From: Nemertoderma westbladi
Lineage: Eukaryota > Animalia > Xenacoelomorpha
Direction: 5' to 3'
Assembly: GCA_032718475.1 (NCBI GenBank)
Contig: JAUCBJ010002048.1
Coordinates: 1-64,000 of the forward strand
Length of the DNA: 64,000 bases
The first letter of the stretch is position 1. Each line of letters begins with the position of its first letter. The notes under the pieces were generated by a model, which was given only the letters and a program-made list of their open reading frames with translations, was not told the origin of the DNA and did not search any database. Of this stretch, positions 23,001 through 56,378 are shown one piece after another. Made by a program: the position numbers and the translations under genes.

Positions 23001-23800
23001 AGAGTGTGGCTGATTACCATATTCAAGCGCAGATGCGTTGGTTACCATTTAAGGCGGGATATGGATTTTGGGCGGTAGACCCATCGCATGTTGCGTACGA
23101 GCCATATCTACAATCGCTACCACAATATCAGGAACTCATCCTAACTGCTCAAGACCTTCCACAGAACACTGGAGTTATCGTAGTCCGAGAATACTTCAGA
23201 CAATTGAATATGGATAACAAGTACACCTGGAACTTCGTTGCTATTTGCGATCGCATCACGAAGGGTGTATTTACGGAGACTAGAAAAGTGGTACGCGCGC
23301 GAGGTGAATGGAGGATGGCGGCTATACAATACCGCAACGAATTCTTGTTGACTCATGTGCCAGTGGGTTCATTGACCGCTGAGAGGATACAGGGACAGAG
23401 GATCGCAGCGACCACAGCGACGACCGCTGGAGCTCAAGGCTCGCGGAAAGAACCAGGAGGAGGGGTCCACGACAAGCGTCAAGTCAAGGACGACCACTAT
23501 CACTCTATTATAGAAGCACAGAGGTTGCAGCGCAAGGCGCAGGGAGCGTCGGAAAAAGCGCGTGTGCAACTGCATAAGGAAGAGTTGGCGGAAGCGACCA
23601 CGGGAGCACGACAATTGGGACGAGGCCGAGGAAGAAGCACGAGCCGGGAATCTGTCGGGGCTCAGGGAACATCGTCGCCGGTTCCGGGGAGTGATGCCTC
23701 ACGGATGCCGTCAACGGAGTCGACTGGAGGACGACTGGTGTATCTGGGGAGGGGGCGAAAGAGAGGAGCGAGCCCAAAGAACCCAGGAGCGGGTCGATAA
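20093..23800 (+). CDS. Accessory ORF3 (1235 aa): DnaQ/DEDDy 3'-5' exonuclease-like domain + 3 CCHC zinc knuckles + RG-rich tail
   Basis: FYDNEG (ExoI), CIQI, LPKKVREAIL.....KVGSGVQSD (ExoII), FVDTK, W...P....QYYLVLE (ExoIII-like); CKLCGSTRHNLKSC, CRWCNETDHSFHTC, CGYCGVKGHRSARC. Confidence 0.8.
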   Translation: MEKDIRAQPRRGFTAREEAELPFARPGCKDSNVYYHGRSVMELNGKYKPTYDKELRRERMRALGDRMEVLRREYRTRYPYDFALDVCDISADPDEEIARLYHMNMYLRHEEPLPAIRDQFDGMHLYRRTRGEDQETPKVFSVYKLFYKCGECMNKQDVAIPDRLDEQHPEPILTRCPAHQFLRYNEGGYPMSNPMISIDFSGKRPPRPITPTVTTLDPYTEIKPCSTPSLIETAAAISLYRAYKDLEARREAARDSGTKPAGLELSSPWTAFTSPHRARSLTPEHQDDIDALRQEERAAKAKELFENRIAEYNKTADRHQEETRRVTGFVPQVVSQPRPVYYSDGTEPAILVDHPESREAIRFLPMVRMADHWNVDCLREVLCAKFLRDVPMQITDYDTLDKIGAPGKESKLFGWLDKYIKVWVAVATFPDDEEVDQTWLRRKGSYTRYDDHKAIERMWTPSDEIQRQWRKTEESLQDWRVMFYDNEGGSHQECLTSKCIQIRAADGVTHVFMRVRADRERPEPIITTQYRKGKDPREQILEVCRRGGMHGAERIDARMLPKKVREAILNQDYVKVGSGVQSDLESDFNAMTDLEDRLPRPFVDTKLLLLWAQDIGIYREYPNSAKTGMGFIAHLLYNWDFKLKTQKKYEEAYGEYNTPPGAEFKSHFKRQALVYWNICAPPRASLQYYLVLESNTVTCLLADIVARVLKRHPLVFGGDQYVRSKGGIQSDVMKRFLTPFFNQSLENTSMVRRGLAIFQGVYRQNIGDLGDRPSMEYPTPEALEKWFGNQTRGFRTPFHSEADRPVKEGWPETLVEVFGVDLPVEKTYPKRTREEILEIEDKGEDVYFVPDRQPLTGEDDIVLDIGKEGSAKPIGDLIYERAWFPQARRCKLCGSTRHNLKSCDAVVEAAHKVCRWCNETDHSFHTCTVFISQCGYCGVKGHRSARCQLRDDSFQNHSANLLREMLDKWESVADYHIQAQMRWLPFKAGYGFWAVDPSHVAYEPYLQSLPQYQELILTAQDLPQNTGVIVVREYFRQLNMDNKYTWNFVAICDRITKGVFTETRKVVRARGEWRMAAIQYRNEFLLTHVPVGSLTAERIQGQRIAATTATTAGAQGSRKEPGGGVHDKRQVKDDHYHSIIEAQRLQRKAQGASEKARVQLHKEELAEATTGARQLGRGRGRSTSRESVGAQGTSSPVPGSDASRMPSTESTGGRLVYLGRGRKRGASPKNPGAGR

Positions 23801-24275
23801 TACATCATAGCACAGGGCGACAGACTCTAGATATATACATCATCGTCGCTCTGATGTATATTGTAGCATTTAGAAATCTTCGACTAGACTCATATACACT
23901 AGTTGAGCTGTTTTGAATTTATATTATGAGAGAGGCGAAGGAAGTGATTGGGGAGACAAACCTGCGGGTTTGGCTTACTCCTTTCACTTGCCCTAGCAAA
24001 TTTTTTTATATATATTTGATTTTGTATGTAGTAATCATTATGTAGTACGAACGAGAAACAATATTTGTAAATTTAATTTGAATGAGAGAGATAATATTTG
24101 TAAATTTAATTTGTATGCAATTCATTATGCAATATCTATAGCAATATTTTGTAAATAGTAGGATTTATAGTATCAAGTATTTAGATTATTTGGAAGAAAT
24201 TTATTTTGTTTGTATACATCACCTTATACTCTTCTACAGTTGGAGGGAAACATTATATGATTTCCCTTGGAGCGG

Positions 24276-26381
24276 TGTTACGGTATATGGCGCTGTATCC
24301 ACATATATTAGTCCGTTATACTGTACGCAATATTAGTCCGTTATACTGTATGTAATATTAGTCCGTTGTGCAGCATAATATTTTAGATAAGGCATAATAG
24401 CGCAGTGATATTTAGATAGGGAAACCAAAACGCCCATATATTTTGAATCCATCCATTTTGTATAATATGTAGCCCTACCTACGTAATTTTGTATTAGGAT
24501 ATATGTAGATAGTTCCAGGGTAGCAAGTTTAGTCGGACCCTGGATTTCGTGCTTGCTGATATTAGCTTCAATAGGGCTAGCATATAGGGACGCTGTCCTG
24601 GCCATTCAGCAGCCAGGGACATGATCCATTACCATATATGGTAATAATTTGAGGTTTGGGCGGCAATAGGGCTACAATCCGGCCCCCTTATTGGACTAAC
24701 TGCTTCCAGGTTGGTCTAATGCTAGCGCGGACTGGAGAGCCAATAGGAGAGCGATTGAGTCACCCTATTGCATCACCCCATCCGGATCACCTATAAATTG
24801 GCGGCTTGCCGGTAGAGCTGTACAACAACCCTATACCTTACAATCCACACCCTTATATTTTAGCGTATTTCTGCAATTTGCTAAATTTTGATTAATTTCT
24901 TAAGATGATTTGCTAGTGCGATTATTCTTGATTGTGTTTCTCAATTAATCCCATCGATTACTGCTAATTACAACTGGAACTATGATTTCTACCTTTTGTT
25001 AATGGTTCTATGTGATTCCTTTCTACGCAATAATCCTAAGGGATTTCTGAGACTGTCAGACTTTGTGATTTGCATGCGCCGCTACGGTAGCTATTAGCAT
25101 AATGGAGGGCTAAGGTGCCAGTGGGCGGTGGTTGAGCGACTAAGGGAGAGCGGAGGATTCAAAGGCGGGCAACGCTGGCGGGGGGTCACCGTTGCGGTCG
25201 GGCAGTTCACGCTGTGGTATGCAGACCATTCGCCGGTACGGTAATTAAGGGGCTGATGATCCAGGTTTCGTCTCTATTTAGTATTAGGGGGGCAGGAATC
25301 AGGTTAGTTAGGAGTCCTATATGTACCCGGGAGAGGCCTGCACGTATCACAACGTGGAGTGTGAAGTACGAATAGTGAGTCGCACAACTGTGGGCTATAC
25401 AGTAGTTAACTGCATAATTGCGAACTGTGATTGCTGACGCTGATTGGTGTGTTATTGAAGTGTGCCTACGATTGTGAATGTTTAGGTAGGTGCCCCCTTT
25501 CTTTGATTGATTTCTATTTCTTAGTTACAACAATTAGTTACTGATTAGGTCAAAGTAATACGGCAATTTAGGCTATTACTAGCGAAACCTGTTGCGTAAT
25601 AAATTAGAATTACGCATTCTGGAACTCTTAGTAATTAGTACGCTGTTACATATTTGTGACTGTGATTGATTAGTAAAAAATTAAGAATTAGTACGCAGCA
25701 TAGCGGAGAGTAGCTAAGGTAATAATTAGAGTACTGTAAACTATTCACGCTGAGCGGTTATTTGCATTGGCGGGCAATCAGCTAGATCGCACTATTCGGT
25801 ACACACAACACGCTAGTAATTTGCTGGCCTAAAGCCAGCTGCAGGCAAGTTTAGACCCAGAGCGGAACTATCCACGTAGAGAAAAATACTGTACCATTTT
25901 GATTATTTTAAATATTCTCGCATTCACACATTACGATAGGGAACCCCCAGTATTCGCGATTAGAAAAGGCGTAGGCAATAGCGTGCTTTAATAGTGATAG
26001 AATTAGGCGTAAGAATACTCTGAGTGCAAAGCCTCTCGCACTCGTCTTAAGTAAGCTTAGGGAGCTGACTCGGGTTTATTGTTTTGGTTATTCCCGCGTG
26101 GCTCATAGATTCGAACAGTTAGCTCTCTATCGAGCAATCGGTAGAGAAAGGAACAAGCAATTTTGCAGGAGCTGTGTAAATTTAGTAAATTATATTAGCG
26201 GACGGCAGATAAGCGCCATCTAACGGTAAGTAGCGGTTTGTATTTAGCAACCCTTACAATTTAGCAATCGTCTTTGTGTCTTATTGGTTAGGCGAGAACT
26301 TATTAGGTTGGCAGAGGAGTATACGGGTATTTGTCTGTTCAACAGTTCTGCTGTTAGTATAGAGGTCGCGGTTGTTTATCA
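24276..26381 (+). repeat. 3' LTR (2106 bp)
   Basis: Direct repeat of 8094-10248; preceded by a short purine-rich GGAGCGG and a hairpin AGGGAAACAT-TAT-ATGATTTCCCT. Confidence 0.95.
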
Positions 26382-26386
26382 GGAAT

Positions 26387-26865
26387 CATGGCTAATGTGG
26401 GGTCGCTGAATCTTTTTGTAATGTTAAGTTTTTCGATTGGGGCAAGCCTTGAGTGTCCGAATCCTGATCAAAACTGATCTTTGCTGATCATGGTCAAGAT
26501 CATGATCTGATCGCTCCAAAAAAGTCTTTTTTAAGGTAAATCCATATGCTGCCTATCGATTGGCGCCGGTTCCAAGTCCGTAGCATTAGCGGTTCTAGAG
26601 ATCGACGCATAGCAACGAGGTTGCTAGGGAAGCGGACTTTTTGACTCAAATTGGCCCTAGACGGAGAACCGTAGACATTTGAAACGTAATGTATATGGGA
26701 AAAAGTCTTCTGGATAAATTTTTTTTTTGGGGGGGGGGGGGGTCTAGGAACATCCTATTGTTGGTTTTCGCTTAGTTTCTGAGAAAAGCTTCTCCCCCAA
26801 ATTCCAAACTCCCCCAATCTATAAAGGCGTGCGCAATGACTAGTTCCGTGGCCGAGCACGGAATT
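26387..26865. mobile_element. Right part of the interrupted non-autonomous repeat; Helentron/HINE-like terminal hairpin
   Basis: Continues the ~465-bp unit; ends ACTAG-TTCCGTG-gccgag-CACGGAA-TT; the matching other end was not located. Confidence 0.4.
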
Positions 26866-27614
26866 GGGTTCTCCGAACACGATAACCTGCGGTTGGGGCC
26901 CTGACCGTCCAGTCCCTTAGCCAATCCCTAATTTCCCCATGGCCCTGTATTGGCCTCTCTGAGAGATGAGCTGATGCACTGGCATCTCTCTGTTGCTGAC
27001 AATATATCCTCATTCTCCCTCCTATCCAATATTGTGTTAACAATATGATTCGTAAATCATGAATTTCCCCATTTTCCGCTGGGTGGTGCAGCAAATTGGA
27101 TCCGCTAACACATCATCTCATCATCCCGGGGAGTGTTTGACGACTTGCTGGACTAAATATATCTCGGTTGCAGTTGTTATTTAGATTTTTGAATGGCCTA
27201 GTGTACATTGGTGTAATGGGTGAATGAATATATGTTGATAAAGGAAATTAAATCAATGCGTAAATAAAATTCAATTTGCCTATGGGTAAAAAAGTAGACC
27301 CTTTTCTACTTACTTTGTGGTATATTCAAGAATGAAATGTTTTTTATTTTTTTATTTTAGATAAATATATTGAATTTTTATGGTAGTGCTAATGGCACTA
27401 CCACATAAATTCAATTTACTTATTTGGCCGCGTAATATTTTAGAACATTACTACTGAATGTTAACACTGCTTAAAAATAGTTATTAAACTAATTCAAGAC
27501 AGTGTGCACCTGCACAAGAGATATTACTATAAATATAATAGGGAAGGACACGATGAGAAAGGGTCTTTAGACAATGAGGATTTCATTCGGAAAAGTTTAA
27601 AATTCCTTTGCAAT

Positions 27615-29839
27615 GGGAGTGGGAGCGGGAGCGGAGCGGGAGTGGGAGCAGGAGCGGGAGCGGGAGCGGGAGCGGGAGCGGAAGCGGGAGCAGGAGCGGG
27701 AGCGGGAGCGGGAGCGGGAGCGGGAGCAGGAGCGGGAGCGGGAGCGGGAGCGGGAGCGGGAGCGGGAGCGGGAGCGGGAGCGGGAGCGGGAGCGGGAGCG
27801 GGAGCGGGAGCGGGAGCGGGAGCGGGAGCGGGAGCGGGAGCGGGAGCGGGAGCGGGAGCGGGAGCGGGAGCGGGAGCGGGAGCGGGAGCGGGAGCGGGAG
27901 CGGGAGCGGGAGCGGGAGCGGGAGCGGGAGCGGGAGCGGGAGCGGGAGCGGGAGCGGGAGCGGGAGCGGGAGCGGGAGCGGGAGCGGGAGCGGGAGCGGG
28001 AGCGGGAGCGGGAGCGGGAGCGGGAGCGGGAGCGGGAGCGGGAGCGGGAGCGGGAGCGGGAGCGGGAGCGGGAGCGGGAGCGGGAGCGGGAGCGGGAGCG
28101 GGAACGGGAGCGGGAGCGGGAACGGGAGCGGGAGCGGGAGCGGGAGCGGGAGCGGGAGCGGGAGCGGGAGCGGGAGCGGGAGCGGGAGCGGGAACGGGAG
28201 CGGGAGCGGGAGCGGGAGCGGGAACGGGAGCGGGAGTGGGAGCGGGAGCGGGAGCGGGAGCGGGAGCGGGAGCGGGAGCGGGAGCGGGAGCGGGAGCGGG
28301 AGCGGGAGCGGGAGCGGGAGCGGGAGCGGGAGCGGGAGCGGGAGCGGGAGCGGGAGCGGGAGCGGGAGCGGGAGCGGGAGCGGGAGCGGGAGCGGGAGCG
28401 GGAGCGGGAGCGGGAGCGGGAGCGGGAGCGGGAGCGGGAGCGGGAGCGGGAGCGGGAGCGGGAGCGGGAGCGGGAGCGGGAGCGGGAGCGGGAGCGGGAG
28501 CGGGAGCGGGAGCGGGAGCGGGAGCGGGAGCGGGAGCGGGAGCGGGAGCGGGAGCGGGAGCGGGAGCGGGAGCGGGAGCGGGAGCGGGAGCGGGAGCGGG
28601 AGCGGGAGCGGGAGCGGGAGCGGGAGCGGGAGCGGGAGCGGGAGCGGGAGCGGGAGCGGGAGCGGGAGCGGGAGCGGGAGCGGGAGCGGGAGCGGGAGCG
28701 GGAGCGGGAGCGGGAGCGGGAGCGGGAGCGGGAGCGGGAGCGGGAGCGGGAGCGGGAGCGGGAGCGGGAGCGGGAGCGGGAGCGGGAGCGGGAGCGGGAG
28801 CGGGAGCGGGAGCGGGAGCGGGAGCGGGAGCGGGAGCGGGAGCGGGAGCGGGAGCGGGAGCGGGAGCGGGAGCGGGAGCGGGAGCGGGAGCGGGAGCGGG
28901 AGCGGGAGCGGGAGCGGGAGCGGGAGCGGGAGCGGGAGCGGGAGCGGGAGCGGGAGCGGGAGCGGGAGCGGGAGCGGGAGCGGGAGCGGGAGCGGGAGCG
29001 GGAGCGGGAGCGGGAGCGGGAGCGGGAGCGGGAGCGGGAGCGGGAGCGGGAGCGGGAGCGGGAGCGGGAGCGGGAGCGGGAGCGGGAGCGGGAGCGGGAG
29101 CGGGAGCGGGAGCGGGAGCGGGAGCGGGAGCGGGAGCGGGAGCGGGAGCGGGAGCGGGAGCGGGAGCGGGAGCGGGAGCGGGAGCGGGAGCGGGAGCGGG
29201 AGCGGGAGCGGGAGCGGGAGCGGGAGCGGGAGCGGGAGCGGGAGCGGGAGCGGGAGCGGGAGCGGGAGCGGGAGCGGGAGCGGGAGCGGGAGCGGGAGCG
29301 GGAGCGGGAGCGGGAGCGGGAGCGGGAGCGGGAGCGGGAGCGGGAGCGGGAGCGGGAGCGGGAGCGGGAGCGGGAGCGGGAGCGGGAGCGGGAGCGGGAG
29401 CGGGAGCGGGAGCGGGAGCGGGAGCGGGAGCGGGAGCGGGAGCGGGAGCGGGAGCGGGAGCGGGAGCGGGAGCGGGAGCGGGAGCGGGAGCGGGAGCGGG
29501 AGCGGGAGCGGGAGCGGGAGCGGGAGCGGGAGCGGGAGCGGGAGCGGGAGCGGGAGCGGGAGCGGGAGCGGGAGCGGGAGCGGGAGCGGGAGCGGGAGCG
29601 GGAGCGGGAGCGGGAGCGGGAGCGGGAGCGGGAGCGGGAGCGGGAGCGGGAGCGGGAGCGGGAGCGGGAGCGGGAGCGGGAGCGGGAGCGGGAGCGGGAG
29701 CGGGAGCGGGAGCGGGAGCGGGAGCGGGAGCGGGAGCGGGAGCGGGAGCGGGAGCGGGAGCGGGAGCGGGAGCGGGAGCGGGAGCGGGAGCGGGAGCGGG
29801 AGCGGGAGCGGGAGTGGGAGTGTGAGCGGGAGTGGGAGT
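27615..29839. repeat. (GGGAGC)n hexanucleotide array, ~2.2 kb (~370 units)
   Basis: Direct inspection; variants only near the ends. Confidence 0.98.
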
Positions 29840-30568
29840 GTACGGGATAGACGAAGGAGTAAATCAAAATTCATCTCTCTCCAGGGAAAACCGACGTAAA
29901 TAACAGCTCAATACTCCCAAAATAAAAATTGCAATCCATTCTATTGACTTTAGTTCATTGCCTTGGTTAGAATAACGTGCCACTGCAACCTGCTCCTTTC
30001 CCTAAATTGAAAATTCAACATTGAGACAATAAATTAATTCTATCTCCATTAGGATGGTCGTTATGTCGTCCTGCCTAACACAGTTAGTTTTATTTCTATT
30101 TACAGTTAAATACAAAAATTTAATTGCAACCTGTTCTATTGACTTTAACTTATTGAGTTGACTACAGTAGAATAACATTACCGTAACCTACTCCTTTCTC
30201 TTGACTACATAAGGATATGACACCCCCACAAACCTAATAACACAGCGACGCAGGACCTAATGTGCAGTAATTATGTCGCAGAAACTAACACCGCATAGGA
30301 CTTTACGACCAAAATACCTAATGACGTAGAACCGTTATATCTTACATATTACAACTATTTGAGTTCAGATTTGTCAGAAATTTTTGTAATAATATAATAG
30401 TTGTTGCCGCCTAATGATGATAGAATTAAAATGGGATTATAAATTACAATGATTTACTGACGGATAATGTCAAAGAGAAGAAATACAATGTTGTACTGCA
30501 CGAAACCTCAACCATCTAATTATCACATGATAAAATGAATTAATTATAGATTTTCAACAGCTAAATTT

Positions 30569-52529
<21,961 letters not shown>

Positions 52530-52679
52530 TATCGTATTATATAAACACAAATATCAAAAATAAAAGCTATATTAGATTATATAATACTACTACAGTAAGA
52601 CGAGCGAGTTCGGACAGTGGAAATGAAATTCTTCCATAGGCTTCCCCATTCTCCATAGTTGTCGCAGTTTCGTTTTTCC

Positions 52680-53620
52680 CAGGGCCAGGGCCAGGGCCAG
52701 GGCTGGTATCCCTTTCAATTTGATCTTTATATGTCATAGCCGTTCGACCACGGCTACGGTTTCACTGTGTTGGTTACCAGAAATGTAGATCTGGTACTGT
52801 ATGACCTCATGTTTACTTCTCCAGCAGCGCCAACTGAATCTTAATCTGCGTTCACGGAGTGTTGTTGATACAGGGGGTATTGTACCATAAAGCTCGGCAT
52901 TTGTCATGTGTTGTCTCCAGCTGATGTTTAGGGCTGCCCTCAGTAGTCTTGTGTAGCAACCATCAATTCGTTGTTCAAGTGATTTAGTCAGTGTCCAGGT
53001 CTCACCCCCGTATAAAAATACACTTTCCACCGTGGCTCGAAAGAACTTGGTCTTCAGGTGCCTGGAAAGGTCTGATTTTCTGATGGTATCCACTTTTGAT
53101 AGAGCTACACATCCCTTTGCTTTTCTAACTTCTGTGTCTGTTTTGTTACTCTCTATCCATGACCCAACCCAAGGTACTGGAAGTCGTCAACCTTACTATA
53201 GGCAAGCATACTTACTGTAGTGGATTATTTATCAATTGTTGTCAAGTTTCCATTAACATTAAAAAGTCATGAATTCGGTCTTGGTAGCATTTATATGCAG
53301 TCCAACCTCCTTAGCAGCCCTCTCCACTTTATTCAGTAGAAGCTGTGCATCTGCTAGCGTATTAGAGAGCAGGGCGATGTCATCCGCATAGTCGGTGTCT
53401 GTGACTGTAGTTTCCGGATATCTACTGCTTCTACGTTCCTGTAGTGTGAATCCACAGTTACAGCACAATTACAAATAGTAATGGCGCCTATGTGTCACCT
53501 TACAGTACGCCAGCCAGGATTGGGAAGAACTCAGTTTCACAATCTGCGTTGTGAGAGTATATCACAAAATACATTCAATGCCGGAGACAATTACTTCTGG
53601 TATTCCATAATGAATTGAAA
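52680..53620 (-). mobile_element. 5'-truncated RTE-clade LINE (second family)
   Basis: 'DYADDIALL', 'FFRATVESVFLYG.ETWTL', 'IDGCYTRLLR'. Confidence 0.85.
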
Positions 53621-55052
53621 TTTGTGTAATTGTGGAATCTCAAAAAATACAAATTTGTTTAGAACAAATGAAATGCATGTAATATAAACATTAATGACTG
53701 TTATCCGTCTTTAATAATGTATGCTGTGGGGGGGGGGGGGGGGGGGGGGGTGGGTGCAGGCCTAGTGCATACAACCCTGATCCATCCACCAACCCATATA
53801 CGTACATAGACAAATTTGAAACCCACCACTACTGGCTACAGTTTCCCTTTACCATCTACATAATGAAACAATATACACTAGAATTACAATGACATTGCCT
53901 ATGGTCTGAAGTGAAGCCGCTAAATGCCATTCCCCTATAAAACATTTTGAATGCCACAGTGTGTAACCTGATACAGATAATAAGAATTGATTTTTACATT
54001 TAAAACTATAATGTTAGCCTATGGAGAATCATATTACGTGGCTGATTAAATATACCATTTTATAAACATACAGTCTCCACAGTATTAATGTTAGCATTAA
54101 TGTAGCCAACACACTGTGTACCATAGCACAGCACAATACAATACTTGGGATTAGTTATTAGTTAACAATATGGGACAGATCTAGCATTAAATGAATTATA
54201 AGCGATTTATACTATAGGCCTACACCGTATTCATCGAAGCCGTCACTATTGTATTGCATGAATTTGAAGTACGAAAATAAAGTAAGTTAATTGCGGAACC
54301 ACGAATATGTATAAAGTTCCGTAACCCTGTATTACACAAAAATATGAGAAATACTTGAACCGAATGAGAGACGAAAAAATCGTCTAGCCGCCGAATTATA
54401 CGCCTCTCTTAATTTACTATATTAAACTGATACAGGTTAGTTTTGTCTAGCCCAATGCATTACAATAAAATGGAGTATAAAAACTTATTTATAATTTATA
54501 ATGGAGACTTTAATTACCAATCAATTGGCGTTAAGATCAGGCACTAACCAATAAATAACATTTATATATTAAATATAAATATATACATTAAAAAGTTAAT
54601 AGATTATTGAAGAAAAAATCCGAAATAATTAACCTTTATTGCAGTAGTACAATTTACAAATTTCCTAATAATGGTATATTAGCACGTATATAAAACGATA
54701 TCAATTGGTTTAGAATGTCAGAGATATAATCTGTACTGCACAAAGTATATGTCCTAAATATTTAATCTCATCTACTATTTTTAATACATTCCCGTTCAAC
54801 GACACTATAGAGTTGTCCTTCAACTCTAACTCGTTGACTTATCTTGTCCTACATTAGAGTTTCTACACGATTTCGGAAAGTAATACAAACATTTAGATTT
54901 TTTAATATTTACAGTAATACAATGTTGACGAGCATATTTCGCAAATATATTTCCAAATATGTAAAATCATTTGAAATTTGTTAGAAAATAGCTGAGATAT
55001 GGGCGTTCGGAAGTGGTTTTGCACCTGGTCGAGTCCATTTTATTATATTTAA

Positions 55053-55761
55053 GGGGGGGTACACCATTTTGGTCCAAAATATGTCGAAATTTTTTTTATT
55101 GTCTATTATAATGCACCATTGAATGGTGTTACCAAATCTAAAAACCGCTATTTAATAGCTCTTTTAGTTTTCAAGTTATGTAAATTTCCATTTAGGGAAT
55201 CCTATTGAAATTACTATTACTATGTATAATGAAAGGTCGATTATCTCCAAATATTTTTTTCATGAAATTGTCAACTTCAAAACCCTACTACTTCTACAAT
55301 TTTTGAGTAATTAGTCTGAAACTTCCTGTGGGTGTCTAGTTAGCCACCCTGCATAAAATTATCAGACAACTTTTCGAAATTTTTTGTTAATAAAATTTAA
55401 TACTATTTATAAAAAACCTAAAAATTAGCATAAATATGCAGCGCCGCCTAGCGGTGCAGAATCATTTTAACAAAATTTCGCCTGATAGTTATGTTGCCCC
55501 ATCTTTGATCTATCATATAAAAAAACTTTCATGTGATTAGGTTCAAAACTGTAAAAGCCTTAGGGTTTTAAGCGCAACCAAGATTTTTTTATTGTTAACT
55601 AGTATTAACTAATATTAAACAGCAAAAAAAAATTTTTTTCTGACCTGTCATGTAGAATAGCATCTTAGGCACCTATATGCCAAATTTTAGCCAAAACCAA
55701 ACAATTTTGAAACGCTGAGAGTGATAAATCGAAGAGTTGTCCGAAAATGGTGTACCCCCCC
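55053..55761. mobile_element. Non-autonomous DNA transposon, Kolobok-like
   Basis: 18-bp TIR GGGGGGGTACACCATTTT and TTAA TSD; purine start argues against piggyBac. Confidence 0.8.
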
Positions 55762-55770
55762 TTAATATTA

Positions 55771-56378
55771 CACCATATTCTGGAACCTTTTGATTATCCC
55801 ATACGTAGCAGAGCAACACGTTCGTGAGGTCTTCGCGCAGCACGAAGTGAGCAAAGCCTTTAGCATATGGGTACCATTAACGAGTTGTCTTTCGTTAGTC
55901 AGAAGTCTTCAACACAATACTCGTCCTCCTCTTGTGCCTCGTTGCGTTCGTTCGTTTTTGACGAAACTTCAGATCCTTTCTAAACTTTTGACGGACTACA
56001 TACGTACTAAGATTCGTTTAATTACATCAAGGAATAACCGAGTTATTAGCGATCAAAAATTTACGACGACGACAGAGAACTCGCCAATGGCACCCATATG
56101 CTAAGGCTTCGCTCTCTTCGTGGCTCGCTCCACAATGCAATGTAATACCTCTTTATTAATCATACTATTACGTAGTAATAGTATTGACTGGCTACACTTG
56201 GGGAGAGGGGAAGTAATAAAATAAAAATTCTGGCTCACCCATTAAGGAGGAGGGATGTGAAACTACTGTATCTCTGTTTCAAATTTCATGCAATTTCATT
56301 AAGATTTGTAGAAAAATTTGGGCGGGAACCGCCCAAATTTATATACCTGAATATAGACATATATTCCACAACATGGTG
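55771..56378. mobile_element. MITE with CACCAT...ATGGTG ends and TA TSD, related to the 43059 foldback
   Basis: TA|CACCAT ... ATGGTG|TA; right arm is similar to 43490-43645. Confidence 0.6.

Larger units (their letters stand above)
8094..26381 (+). mobile_element. BEL/Pao LTR retrotransposon, 18,288 bp, with extra ORF
   Basis: TG...CA LTRs, 5-bp TSD GGAAT (8089-8093 and 26382-26386), Gag with three Cys/His motifs, PR-RT-RH-IN order with BEL/Pao signatures. Confidence 0.96.

Noticed and set aside
20093-23800. ORF3 as an envelope gene
   Set aside because: No evident signal peptide or transmembrane anchor; it has nuclease-like and zinc-knuckle motifs instead
27504-29899. Long ORFs of poly-GA/GS/ER/LP/SR
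   Set aside because: By-products of the stop-free (GGGAGC)n array; no unique coding flanks
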